57,930 nucleotides of DNA from Candidatus Uhrbacteria bacterium (GTDB taxonomy: Bacteria > Patescibacteriota > Patescibacteriia > UBA9934). The translations under genes were made by a program, and so were the position numbers. The notes beneath the pieces are model-generated. The model worked only from the letters and a program-made list of their open reading frames with translations, had not been told where the DNA came from and did no database searches. The stretch is from positions 1 through 57,930 of the forward strand of contig CALRGY010000003.1 of the NCBI GenBank assembly GCA_943358395.1. Direction: 5' to 3'. Positions 8,854 through 18,399 of the stretch are shown here, piece after piece; position 1 is the stretch's first letter; each line of letters opens with the position of its first letter.

Positions 8854-11800
8854 TCAGGGAGCACAGTAATTGATTCGCACATTACTGATATTGATCTTCC
8901 CCTCCCCACGGAACGTAAACCGAACCGGAATCTCGGTGTCGCTTACACCATCGCAGGCAAAGTTACTTGGCCACGGCAAGGAAATATTGTGCGCATCCCT
9001 AATCGAATCAGTATCTGTTGCAACGGTGCTACCATCGGAAGAAAGAATCGTGATTGTTGCTTCGTTTAACGATTCAGTGATCGCGGAGTACGCATCTTCA
9101 ATCTCTTCCTCGGTCGATCCTGCTTGTGAGTAATCCACAGCATTCAATGGGCTTTCCGTGTTATCCCGATCGCAGTCAGAGAAACTGGTATCAGTGGATT
9201 CACACACCGTATTGCTCGACCAATTATTCATGTACTTCAGCAGTGTAGTATCCGAAGTAAGAGCAATCGAATACAGCTCAATGTCGCTTTGCAGCACTTT
9301 GCGTGCATGGGTATTGGCACACGCAACTTCATCGGCACAATCATAATCGTACTCATGCGTTGGCTGCCCGTCACTCAAGAACACAATGATTTTCGCAACG
9401 TTACTTCCGGTCACCGCATCAAGCATGGTTCGTGCCTCGTTAAACCCTCTCCACGTTTCGGTATACCCACCAGCAAGACCATCGTACGTATTCACATACC
9501 CCTGTAATGTGCTTTCGCCGGAAGATGTCAGGAACGTTGAATCCATGGTTACTGATGTTGAATAGTGCACCAAGCCAATATGCGCCTTGCTTCCCAGCTC
9601 GTCGAAAAGATCCGTAATGGCGGTATTAATACTATTCACAGCAGTATTCAATCGCGAGCCAACAAACCAATTTTCACACACATCAGCACTTCCGTCAGAG
9701 AGCACGGGACAGTCACTGTTTTGAGAGCACGACTCCGTGGAGTCCGCACGACACGTCCCCAAGTTATTCCCATCAAAATCGGATTTCATCGACCCAGAAA
9801 CATCAGTCACGAACACGACATATACATCCGGTTCTTCGATTTCGCTGAAGTCGATATCTGCAAGGATATTACCCGAAACCGTACATGCAGGAATGGTGAT
9901 GGTGGCAGCGTTTGGCAACGTCGACGTGCTGGACGTGCTGTACGAATACACATCCGCTTCATCGTCACCGCGTGCGCCGATTTCGTTCGTGGTGAGTAAT
10001 AAGGAACCTGTTGTGGTGGACAGTGGGCATGTTGCCGCACACGATTCTGCACACACCGGTGGAGTGCATCGCTCAACACTTCCACATTCGCTCCCTCCAA
10101 GTCTGCAATAATCGCCATTAAATCCCCCGCCATTACACATCCCTATTTGTGAACAGAACACATATGGAATCGTTGTGCCATCAGCACTGGTGTACACACT
10201 TCCTTCACCTTCTTCATACGAAAGACCGTCCTGACTTTCATTACACTCTCCAAGATTCGCCGATGATCCATTACTCTCATAAAACATGTTGAACCAGTAA
10301 TACGGCACCTCGGCACCGTCGCACAGTTCTGGACCGTTCCGTACACCGTCACCACAGAATTCACCGGAAGCCGTGGTGTAATAGCAGCTCGTCGAGCACG
10401 CGGTACACGTGGAATCGTATGCGGAATCACATCCTGCACCATTATCTGTTCCTTCATCACATTCCTCTACACCGTCGTACAAGTATCCATCACCACACGT
10501 GTTCAACGTACATTCCGTTGTACAATCATCCGTTGCAACATCGTTTCCGTCGTCACATTCCTCGTTCGAATCCGCCACGCCATCCCCACATGTTCCAGCG
10601 GTTTCACAAGGGATCTTTTCCCACGTCAACGCGGATGAATACACACATAATTCCCCGCTCGCACCGTTATCTTCACATGTTTTTACACGTGCTGTTTCGT
10701 AACCTTGTGCGTCTGGTTCGCATGCATTCGTAGCTAAATCACCGGAACCGCTACATAACGAGCCAGCAATAAACGGAGCAAGTCCAGAAGCGATCGCCGC
10801 ATCGTACCCACAATACCCAGAAACAGGACAGTCAGAAGAACTCGAGCACGGATCTCCGTCCTTGGGCCCACCACAACACAACGCACCGCCCCATGTATCC
10901 GATGTTGCATCGCATTCTTCGGCGCTATCAACCGTGGTATCCCCGCAGTACGACGCTGGCCCGGCACAATCCCAGGCGCATGTTGTATTTGGATTTGCTG
11001 CGTATGTTCCGTTGTATCCAGCACACAATCCGGCAGTACCCGTATATGGTTTCGACGTTGCCGTTGCTGTAGTACTCGAACTTCCACAATCACACGCTTC
11101 TCCACCAGAAATCACGCCATCGCCACAATATCGGGCAGTGCTCCATTTACACAAATCACCACAATATCCGTACTCACCATTCTTCGCACCGTCATCACAT
11201 TCCTCACTAAGCGTTGCATCGATCACGCCGTTGCCACACGATGGCGCTGAACACACGGCAGTACTCGAAAGCGTCCAACCGGAACACGTACTATTACAAT
11301 CTTGATCTGCACTTCCAGCAGTATCATCGGATGTTCCAGAAATGCCGTCTACACCAACGTCATATACACACGACGTTGCATACACATCCCCGATTTCACA
11401 TGTCTCTGTGTAATCATCGGTAGCATCGTCAGGAGTTCCGTTGGTACTTGTGCCGATAATTCCATCACCGCAACTACTCGATGTGCCGTACACATCGCCA
11501 TCGCAATACGATGACGTGTAGAACGTAACAGCATCGGTACTATCGGAATCAAAAGGATTTACCCAACTTGCGCCCGTATATTCCAACTCCGTCGCAAGCT
11601 CATACTTCTCAGAACCGATCGCACGATAATGATACACATATGAACCCTCCGGGCACATGTAGGCACCGCTCGTTTGCTCAACGCAAGTCGCGGAATCGTA
11701 GCCATCACACGCAGCATACGTATTCAATGGATCCGTTGGCATATCAATGCCAAGTGCCCCGCCCAATGTTTCCGTCCACGAACTCCAGCCACTCGATGCT

Positions 11801-14800
11801 AACGATCGCACAGCAGTACCAGAGGAAAGCACAGGAATCACGCCGTCATTTTCTTCACTGTATGCGGTAACGGCACGTGAAACATCCTTCACATCCGCAA
11901 GACGTGTAACATCACGTGCGATCTTCGCCGCATCATCTTCATCCGCGATGTTCGCCAAGAACGTCAGGTTCTCCACCATCTGCTTGTAAACATCCTGCGT
12001 TACGGAAGATGCGCCGGCGTTATACGAAATAACGAAAATGTTCGAATACAATCCCGACGATGTTGAGTTCGCCATGCCAACATATGTGGAGCGTTCATCT
12101 TCTACTGCTTGGAATCCATCAATCGTGGTCTCTGATGGACTGCCGGTAAATCCTTGCGCCGTATACCACGCCATTGGGCTGAGATACTCGGCATTGCTCA
12201 AGATGCGCACACCAATCACATCGCCATTGTCGTCGGTAGATGATGTTGACGAATCTGCATCGATCTCAAACAAGTATTCTTTCAACACCTTGGTGCTCGA
12301 TGGTTGCGTTGGCACAAGCACTACATTCACATCTGGCAAATCCTCCGTTGTTACGTCATCGTCAAGATAATCCTTACAATACGACATGGAGAAATTCATG
12401 TAGCCTCCTGGAAGTTCAAATACGCCAGTATCGCCAGAGCCATCGTCCGTCCATGGGAAGGATGAAAGTGCTGGCCACGGATTCTTACACAACAGCACAA
12501 GAACATCCGCGGTACCGCTCACGGTTTTTCCGGTGGTACCGCCAATGGTGTCTGCCGTAATTTTCACCGTTGCCGTTACCGTTGCCTTACCGTTTTCATT
12601 CTTTGCCGTAACCGTTGCTTCATCGAGTGCCGTGGTCGATTGTGTAGCAGTTACGATGTTCTCATCACTACTTGCCCACGCACTCCACGTCCAATCGTAT
12701 ACCGTAGGAATCTCCGTGATCTCTTGCCGTGTGCCAGCGGTGTATGAAACCGCAGTCGCTGTAAACGTATGCGCTTCGCCGCTGGTAGTAAACGTATTCG
12801 AGCTTTCGGTATCAGTATCCTCTACCGTCACCGCATCAACAGTACAAATATCGGTTCCCGTCGTGAACGTGATCGATTGCTTTCCCTTCATCGCTCCCCC
12901 AAGTGCAGATGTGATGCCTTGCGTTGCCTGATCCGTAAGATCAGTATCCCCCACAAACATAAGCGTGTACGACGAGCTCGCTTCCAGCGCAACGGAATAA
13001 TTCATGGCAACTTTATACGTCACTGCACCAGTTGTTGCATCGGTAACTGCAGTTTGGGTGTACCCGGAAATCGGCACAATACAGTCTGTCGATGCCGCAC
13101 TTGCCTCTGCACCAAAGAAGAATGTTTTGATGGTGCGGAACACTTTCGCAAAGAAGCTCGAATCTGCAAGCGCAAGCGTGGTGTATTCCTCCGGACATGA
13201 TTGCCCGGAAGCCAAGTTCAATTGCACATACATCTGTGGCGTGGTGATTTGTACTTCATCCACCGTTTGCGTGAGCGTAAACGAATCCCGATCCATCTGC
13301 TCGGAGAACACGCCGTATATCGCAGCATTGCGGCACACCGCGCTTCCGATTGGTGCCGATGATTCAAGCTCTGGCCGTGGCACACAGCAATTCCCAATCC
13401 CCACGCCATACGTGGAAGGATCTGAACAATCTTCATCAGTCGTCGCCCCACACGAAAGTGTAAAGTCTGCAGATGCGGAAAGGCTCGATGATTCTTCCGA
13501 AACTGTCACAATACCGATCGCTTTATTGGTTGTAGCACTCACTTCAGCAACCGCTTCCGATGTGATGTACGCCACCTGTACCGGATCTGGTCTGCCATCA
13601 CCGGTAGAGCTTGATGATTCGCATGATGCATATTCACCAACGCCAGCAAATCCATCACCACATACCGATGGCTCACCGTACGCAACCGATGACCCTTCGA
13701 ACGTACAGGAATCAGAGCACCCTTCCACTCCAGCCGCAGGATCACAATCCTCCCCCCCACCATTCTCTGCCGTGTCCGTTGCTGCATCTTGCTCAACAAG
13801 AGCATTGCCACAACATTCAAACTCGCCGTCTATTGCCCCAGGACACGCGGCAGACCCTTCACGAATACAGATCGACGAGCAGCCATCGTTCTCCGCGGTG
13901 TTCCCGTCATCGCAGGTTTCGTACGGTGTAGTGATTTTACCGTCGCCACACAATGCTCCACCTAATGATGCCAAACTGTGAGAACCTTCTGCTAAACACA
14001 ACCGCGAACACCCATCACCGTTGACGTTATTGCCATCGTCACATACTTCTCCAGCGTGAGTAATCTCATCGGCGGCAATATCATTGTTTCCACACGTTGC
14101 GCTCACTGATGCCGAACCCTCCGCCAAACACGTCGCTGAACAGCCGTCGCCATTCGTAAGGTTCCCGTCATCACAACTTTCAGCAATGTCCATGGAATAC
14201 GTCACTTCAATTGCGTTGTTCGCACAACAATTCGTTCCCGTGGTGCGGCATGTTGCGGTGGCGTATGCGCAATCACTCGTGGCAGTACACGCTGTGCCAC
14301 TCACCGAGCACGTCGATGTGCTGGTATCGCACGTTTCAACACACTCGCTATCGGCGCTACACGATGAACCAGTAGAACTACACGTAAACGAACACGCGTT
14401 CGATCCTTCAAATACACATGTTGACGAGCATCCGTCATGATCTGTGGTATTCCCATCGTCACACTCTTCGCCACTCATGTTTGCATCACGGTCGAGCACG
14501 CCGTCGCCACACACCGCCTGATACGGCGAGCTTCCAATTGGCGTACACAGCGATGAACATCCTTCCGTAATTGCCGTAGGTCCGCCGTCGAACAATTTTC
14601 CGTCGATCGTTGAAAATGCTGCCGTGTATCCAGTGGTTTCCGTGTTTTGAGTGCTGTCGGGAATTGGGTCTGTCCAGTTCCATGTGTACGCAGCTCCCGC
14701 TAATTTCTGCCCAGATGTTGAACAGGAATCTGCGGCACCAAACGCATCCGCAGTAAATGCGGTGGTTTCCCCTACGGCATCTGCTTCAGCGCTACTTGGC

Positions 14801-17800
14801 GACATCGTAATCCGTTCAATAGCGCACGCCGTACCATCTTCACGCACACGGAACGTCCACGAGAAATCTGATCCGTAATTCAGGCGAATCAACCCAACGC
14901 CGCTTTCGCTCGTCACATCACCGGAAACGATGACGCGATAATACTCACCGGCAGTCAACGTTGCCTGATCGAACGCAAAGCCATCACATCGTGTAACGTC
15001 ATCGGTGCTCGACGTACATGGAGGATTTGCATCAAAAAAGGTCAGATTCGTACACAACTCATTGGAACATTGATAGAGCAAAATGTTGTCACCCGTCGTA
15101 ATGGTGCTTGCCGTCATTGCCGTATTGAACTCCGCATACACCAACGCATTCGTACATGCCTCAATACAGTTTGGGGCATAGCTTTCCACATACGGATCCG
15201 TAAAGTTCACCGTAAGAGTACTGCTATCTGAAACACTGCCGGCACCACCAGGATTCAGCGCAGTTGCAGTCACCTCAGTGACACCTTCTGCCAATGCCTC
15301 AAGCGTGGCACATGCGGTAGGATCACCAACACATGTTGCGTCCGCGGTACTATTAAAATCGACGTATGAATACCGATCAAGTGACCAATCCCACGTATAG
15401 TCCGAGCTATCCACCACCACACAACCGGTTCCTGCATTTGCACCAAAACCCGTAGTTTCACCATCAACAGAAAGCGATTCCCGTGCCGGAGTAACCGTCA
15501 CACGGTCAACAACGCACTGCGCAGAAGACGTTGACGTGGTGAAGTCCCACGTTACTGCCTTTGCCAACGGAACAGAATCCGATGAAAGAGCACTCGTCGC
15601 AACAGTCACACGATAGGTACTGTTCGTATCAAAATCCGCATCCGGAATCCACGTCACACGCGTTGCGGTGGTCGATGACGCCGCTGTGGCAGTACCGGAA
15701 ACCGCTGCGGTTGTGGTACATGGATTATCCGTTGCGCTTGCCACGACTGCTGTACATTTTTCGATAGTAAATGCGGCTTCTGCACTTGGTTCATTCATCA
15801 GCGTGGTGAATTCGGCATACACCACCGCATTCACACAAATCTCGTCCTGCTCTGAATACACATTATTTGGCACCGCAGAAACAGTAGTCACCGAGCATTC
15901 GCTTACCACTTGAGGAACATCGTAAATCTCTCCCGTTGAAAATGCCCAGGCATACGCCGCCTTCACTGCCGCTGACGAAGATGACGTTGCACCAACCGTA
16001 AGGTTCGCGGCATTACTCTCACGTCCTGCAACCGTTACCGTGACCGGCCCCGTGACAGCACCCGAAGGAACCACGGCGGTAATTCTCGACTGCCCCCATG
16101 TGGTTGCCGTCAAATTCTTCACACCGTCATAAAAGGTGATCGTATCCGTGGCTACGCCAAAACTATCACCAATAATCACCACCTCATCCCCCACGTCAGC
16201 TGACGACGTGATACTACAAATTCCAGGTGTTGGCGCAGCACTCGTCACCGTGAATGTTTGCGACGTTGACGTTACCCCTTCGCGATTCGTCACTGTGACG
16301 GTATACGCACCATTCGCAAGCGGTGTCGCAGATGCATCGTTGAATGTTTCCGGGACGATAATAATCACCTGATCATTTTTCCAATAATCTGAGCTACACG
16401 CGGATGGGAAATCAACGCTCCCAATCGCCGTATCACCAGCAGCATTCGTAAACGTCACTGTTCCCACCGATGCCCCAAAGTTTGTTCCAGAAAGAGTAAC
16501 GTATTGACCAATTCCACCAGATTCCGGAGCAATATCAGTAATAGTGGAAATATCAGCTTCTTCTTCCACAATAGTCAACGCAACAGTATTCGACGCCTGC
16601 CCATCCACCACAACGCTCACGTGATATTCCCCTTCTGTTACCTGTGGCACCGTGACCTTTACCGCATCGGTTCCCCACGCGGTATACGATCCCGCAGCAG
16701 TAGATGAAAACAGCACCTCTCCGGCATCACCCTGCGTGCTTCCAAAATTCGATCCGTACACAGTAAGCGCCGACGTTGGATACGCCTCTGATCGGGACAA
16801 CGTACACAAACTTGGGTGCACCACGTCGTTCACGTCAAAGTTCGGCACCAGCACGCCAGAATCGTCGTTCGTGGCATCCGAAACATCATCGGCATTCACA
16901 ATCGTGATTGGCCCATCCCCTGCACCCGCTGGCACATCGACAATAACTTGCGTGTCTTGCCACCCATCGCCACAGCTTCGCAATACCGTTGCCTCCACCG
17001 TTCCCGTTCCTGCGCTATCGGTAAAGAATACCGATCCATCTGATCCAAAATCTGTTCCCGTAATCGTTACGTATGTTCCCACGGCACCATCTTGAGGCGA
17101 CACGTCCGTAATAACAGGATTCGACACACACACTCCCTCAACGCATGAGCCACTCGAACAATCACTGTCCACCGTACAGCTCGAGCCATCACATGCGCCA
17201 CAATACGTTGCCGCAGCAGAATCCCCACCACAATCAATACCGGTTTCGCCAAGTGTTTCATCGAGCACCCCATTAAAACACCACTCCGGTCGAGCACGAA
17301 CAGAAACAGAATCAAAGTCCTCGTTTCCAGCAAAGTCGATCACCGTCGCGGTCAGCGTGTATCGTGTGCCATCGGTGAAACCCGTAGTATCCAGCGTAGT
17401 CGCAATAGTTTCCGCAACACTTCCTGATCCAGAAACACTATCCTTCCATTCGCTATCCACAGAAAAATCTGCACTCGACACCCCAGCATCATCGGTAGCG
17501 TAGACCTGGAAGTCCGTCGATGAATCTGTGGGAATACTGGATTCCGGATACGTGATCGACGCCGTCGGATCCTGTGTATCGATGAGCGTTCCAGATGTGA
17601 ATGTCGCGGAACATGGATCCGATGTATCGCACGTCAGATCGGTACCACTCTTACTGGTAACATCCGATGAAACCGTCACGGTAAACACGGAACTTTCCGC
17701 AAAACAGAACCTGTCTGTATTCGGATCTGGGCACACTGCCGTTGGCACAAACTTCACAACATTACCAGAAACAGAGAATGCTCCATCGATCGCTGTTCCC

Positions 17801-18390
17801 GATGCGTCGGTTATCGTAATATTCCCTTCGATAGAATCGGAATCCACCGTTTTACTGAACGTGATTCGAGGCACAATATTGCGGATACTCACCCCGCCTT
17901 CTGGAGAAAAACCGGTGACGGTAAATGCGGAGGAACTTCCGCCGCCCAACCCCGTGCCACTACTGCTACTTCCGCCACTCCCACCAGAACCACCCGTTCC
18001 GCCCGTTGCTCCAAGCAAGGACTGCAGCACAAACGTCGTAATACTCCACGAGAGCAAGATGATAACAAGTCCAATGATCGCGTTAATAAGAACTTTCTTT
18101 GCCTTTTCAATCTTTTCCGGATTCCCATCTGCTGTCATCCAGAGGAATCCTCCGTACAAAATAATACATACGAGCAAAATACCGAGCACCGTTAAGCTCG
18201 TACGGATAATGTTGCCAACAATGATTTTTGGATCGGTATCGCTCAAGCCAGTAGCATCGCCAACGGTGGCAAGCGTATCAGATGTTGCGTCAGCCGCGTG
18301 CGCGATCGGCGTCGGCATAAATAATGCTCCGGCATGAAAACCGATGATGAGCGCGACGACTGCCAAACACGATGCAAGAAAGCGTTTCAC
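8854..18390 (-). CDS. Giant (3178 aa) surface protein: signal peptide, TrbC/VirB2-like pilin, Ig-like and IPT/TIG domains, ~13 Myxococcus-type Cys-rich (DUF4215-like) repeats, internal GspG/type IV pilin-like segment, C-terminal vWA domain
   Basis: Pilin motif IILYGGFLWMTADGNPEKIEKAKKVLINAIIG; IPT motifs ITDVSPQDGAVGTYVTITGTDFG and ITDIAPESGGIGQYVTLSGTNFG; repeats CGDG...EECDDGN..DGCS..C; vWA VFVTDVSGSM (DxSxS MIDAS), T, FLSDG. GTG start. Confidence 0.88.
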   Translation of the reverse strand: MKRFLASCLAVVALIIGFHAGALFMPTPIAHAADATSDTLATVGDATGLSDTDPKIIVGNIIRTSLTVLGILLVCIILYGGFLWMTADGNPEKIEKAKKVLINAIIGLVIILLSWSITTFVLQSLLGATGGTGGSGGSGGSSSSGTGLGGGSSSAFTVTGFSPEGGVSIRNIVPRITFSKTVDSDSIEGNITITDASGTAIDGAFSVSGNVVKFVPTAVCPDPNTDRFCFAESSVFTVTVSSDVTSKSGTDLTCDTSDPCSATFTSGTLIDTQDPTASITYPESSIPTDSSTDFQVYATDDAGVSSADFSVDSEWKDSVSGSGSVAETIATTLDTTGFTDGTRYTLTATVIDFAGNEDFDSVSVRARPEWCFNGVLDETLGETGIDCGGDSAAATYCGACDGSSCTVDSDCSSGSCVEGVCVSNPVITDVSPQDGAVGTYVTITGTDFGSDGSVFFTDSAGTGTVEATVLRSCGDGWQDTQVIVDVPAGAGDGPITIVNADDVSDATNDDSGVLVPNFDVNDVVHPSLCTLSRSEAYPTSALTVYGSNFGSTQGDAGEVLFSSTAAGSYTAWGTDAVKVTVPQVTEGEYHVSVVVDGQASNTVALTIVEEEADISTITDIAPESGGIGQYVTLSGTNFGASVGTVTFTNAAGDTAIGSVDFPSACSSDYWKNDQVIIIVPETFNDASATPLANGAYTVTVTNREGVTSTSQTFTVTSAAPTPGICSITSSADVGDEVVIIGDSFGVATDTITFYDGVKNLTATTWGQSRITAVVPSGAVTGPVTVTVAGRESNAANLTVGATSSSSAAVKAAYAWAFSTGEIYDVPQVVSECSVTTVSAVPNNVYSEQDEICVNAVVYAEFTTLMNEPSAEAAFTIEKCTAVVASATDNPCTTTAAVSGTATAASSTTATRVTWIPDADFDTNSTYRVTVATSALSSDSVPLAKAVTWDFTTSTSSAQCVVDRVTVTPARESLSVDGETTGFGANAGTGCVVVDSSDYTWDWSLDRYSYVDFNSTADATCVGDPTACATLEALAEGVTEVTATALNPGGAGSVSDSSTLTVNFTDPYVESYAPNCIEACTNALVYAEFNTAMTASTITTGDNILLYQCSNELCTNLTFFDANPPCTSSTDDVTRCDGFAFDQATLTAGEYYRVIVSGDVTSESGVGLIRLNYGSDFSWTFRVREDGTACAIERITMSPSSAEADAVGETTAFTADAFGAADSCSTSGQKLAGAAYTWNWTDPIPDSTQNTETTGYTAAFSTIDGKLFDGGPTAITEGCSSLCTPIGSSPYQAVCGDGVLDRDANMSGEECDDGNTTDHDGCSSTCVFEGSNACSFTCSSTGSSCSADSECVETCDTSTSTCSVSGTACTATSDCAYATATCRTTGTNCCANNAIEVTYSMDIAESCDDGNLTNGDGCSATCLAEGSASVSATCGNNDIAADEITHAGEVCDDGNNVNGDGCSRLCLAEGSHSLASLGGALCGDGKITTPYETCDDGNTAENDGCSSICIREGSAACPGAIDGEFECCGNALVEQDAATDTAENGGGEDCDPAAGVEGCSDSCTFEGSSVAYGEPSVCGDGFAGVGEYASCESSSSTGDGRPDPVQVAYITSEAVAEVSATTNKAIGIVTVSEESSSLSASADFTLSCGATTDEDCSDPSTYGVGIGNCCVPRPELESSAPIGSAVCRNAAIYGVFSEQMDRDSFTLTQTVDEVQITTPQMYVQLNLASGQSCPEEYTTLALADSSFFAKVFRTIKTFFFGAEASAASTDCIVPISGYTQTAVTDATTGAVTYKVAMNYSVALEASSSYTLMFVGDTDLTDQATQGITSALGGAMKGKQSITFTTGTDICTVDAVTVEDTDTESSNTFTTSGEAHTFTATAVSYTAGTRQEITEIPTVYDWTWSAWASSDENIVTATQSTTALDEATVTAKNENGKATVTATVKITADTIGGTTGKTVSGTADVLVLLCKNPWPALSSFPWTDDGSGDTGVFELPGGYMNFSMSYCKDYLDDDVTTEDLPDVNVVLVPTQPSSTKVLKEYLFEIDADSSTSSTDDNGDVIGVRILSNAEYLSPMAWYTAQGFTGSPSETTIDGFQAVEDERSTYVGMANSTSSGLYSNIFVISYNAGASSVTQDVYKQMVENLTFLANIADEDDAAKIARDVTRLADVKDVSRAVTAYSEENDGVIPVLSSGTAVRSLASSGWSSWTETLGGALGIDMPTDPLNTYAACDGYDSATCVEQTSGAYMCPEGSYVYHYRAIGSEKYELATELEYTGASWVNPFDSDSTDAVTFYTSSYCDGDVYGTSSSCGDGIIGTSTNGTPDDATDDYTETCEIGDVYATSCVYDVGVDGISGTSDDTAGSADQDCNSTCSGWTLSSTAVCSAPSCGNGVIDATLSEECDDGAKNGEYGYCGDLCKWSTARYCGDGVISGGEACDCGSSSTTATATSKPYTGTAGLCAGYNGTYAANPNTTCAWDCAGPASYCGDTTVDSAEECDATSDTWGGALCCGGPKDGDPCSSSSDCPVSGYCGYDAAIASGLAPFIAGSLCSGSGDLATNACEPDAQGYETARVKTCEDNGASGELCVYSSALTWEKIPCETAGTCGDGVADSNEECDDGNDVATDDCTTECTLNTCGDGYLYDGVEECDEGTDNGAGCDSAYDSTCTACSTSCYYTTASGEFCGDGVRNGPELCDGAEVPYYWFNMFYESNGSSANLGECNESQDGLSYEEGEGSVYTSADGTTIPYVFCSQIGMCNGGGFNGDYCRLGGSECGSVERCTPPVCAESCAATCPLSTTTGSLLLTTNEIGARGDDEADVYSYSTSSTSTLPNAATITIPACTVSGNILADIDFSEIEEPDVYVVFVTDVSGSMKSDFDGNNLGTCRADSTESCSQNSDCPVLSDGSADVCENWFVGSRLNTAVNSINTAITDLFDELGSKAHIGLVHYSTSVTMDSTFLTSSGESTLQGYVNTYDGLAGGYTETWRGFNEARTMLDAVTGSNVAKIIVFLSDGQPTHEYDYDCADEVACANTHARKVLQSDIELYSIALTSDTTLLKYMNNWSSNTVCESTDTSFSDCDRDNTESPLNAVDYSQAGSTEEEIEDAYSAITESLNEATITILSSDGSTVATDTDSIRDAHNISLPWPSNFACDGVSDTEIPVRFTFRGEGKINISNVRINYCAP

Positions 18391-18399
18391 AAAAATCGT

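Noticed and set aside
8724-8909. 61-aa ORF, and the N-terminal extension of ORF 7813..8727
   Set aside because: Both are translations of repeat B with low-complexity Pro/Gly content.
13004-13981. Long antisense ORFs within the giant gene and the ribosomal cluster (e.g. 48613..49857)
   Set aside because: Shadow frames of real minus-strand genes with no recognisable motifs.
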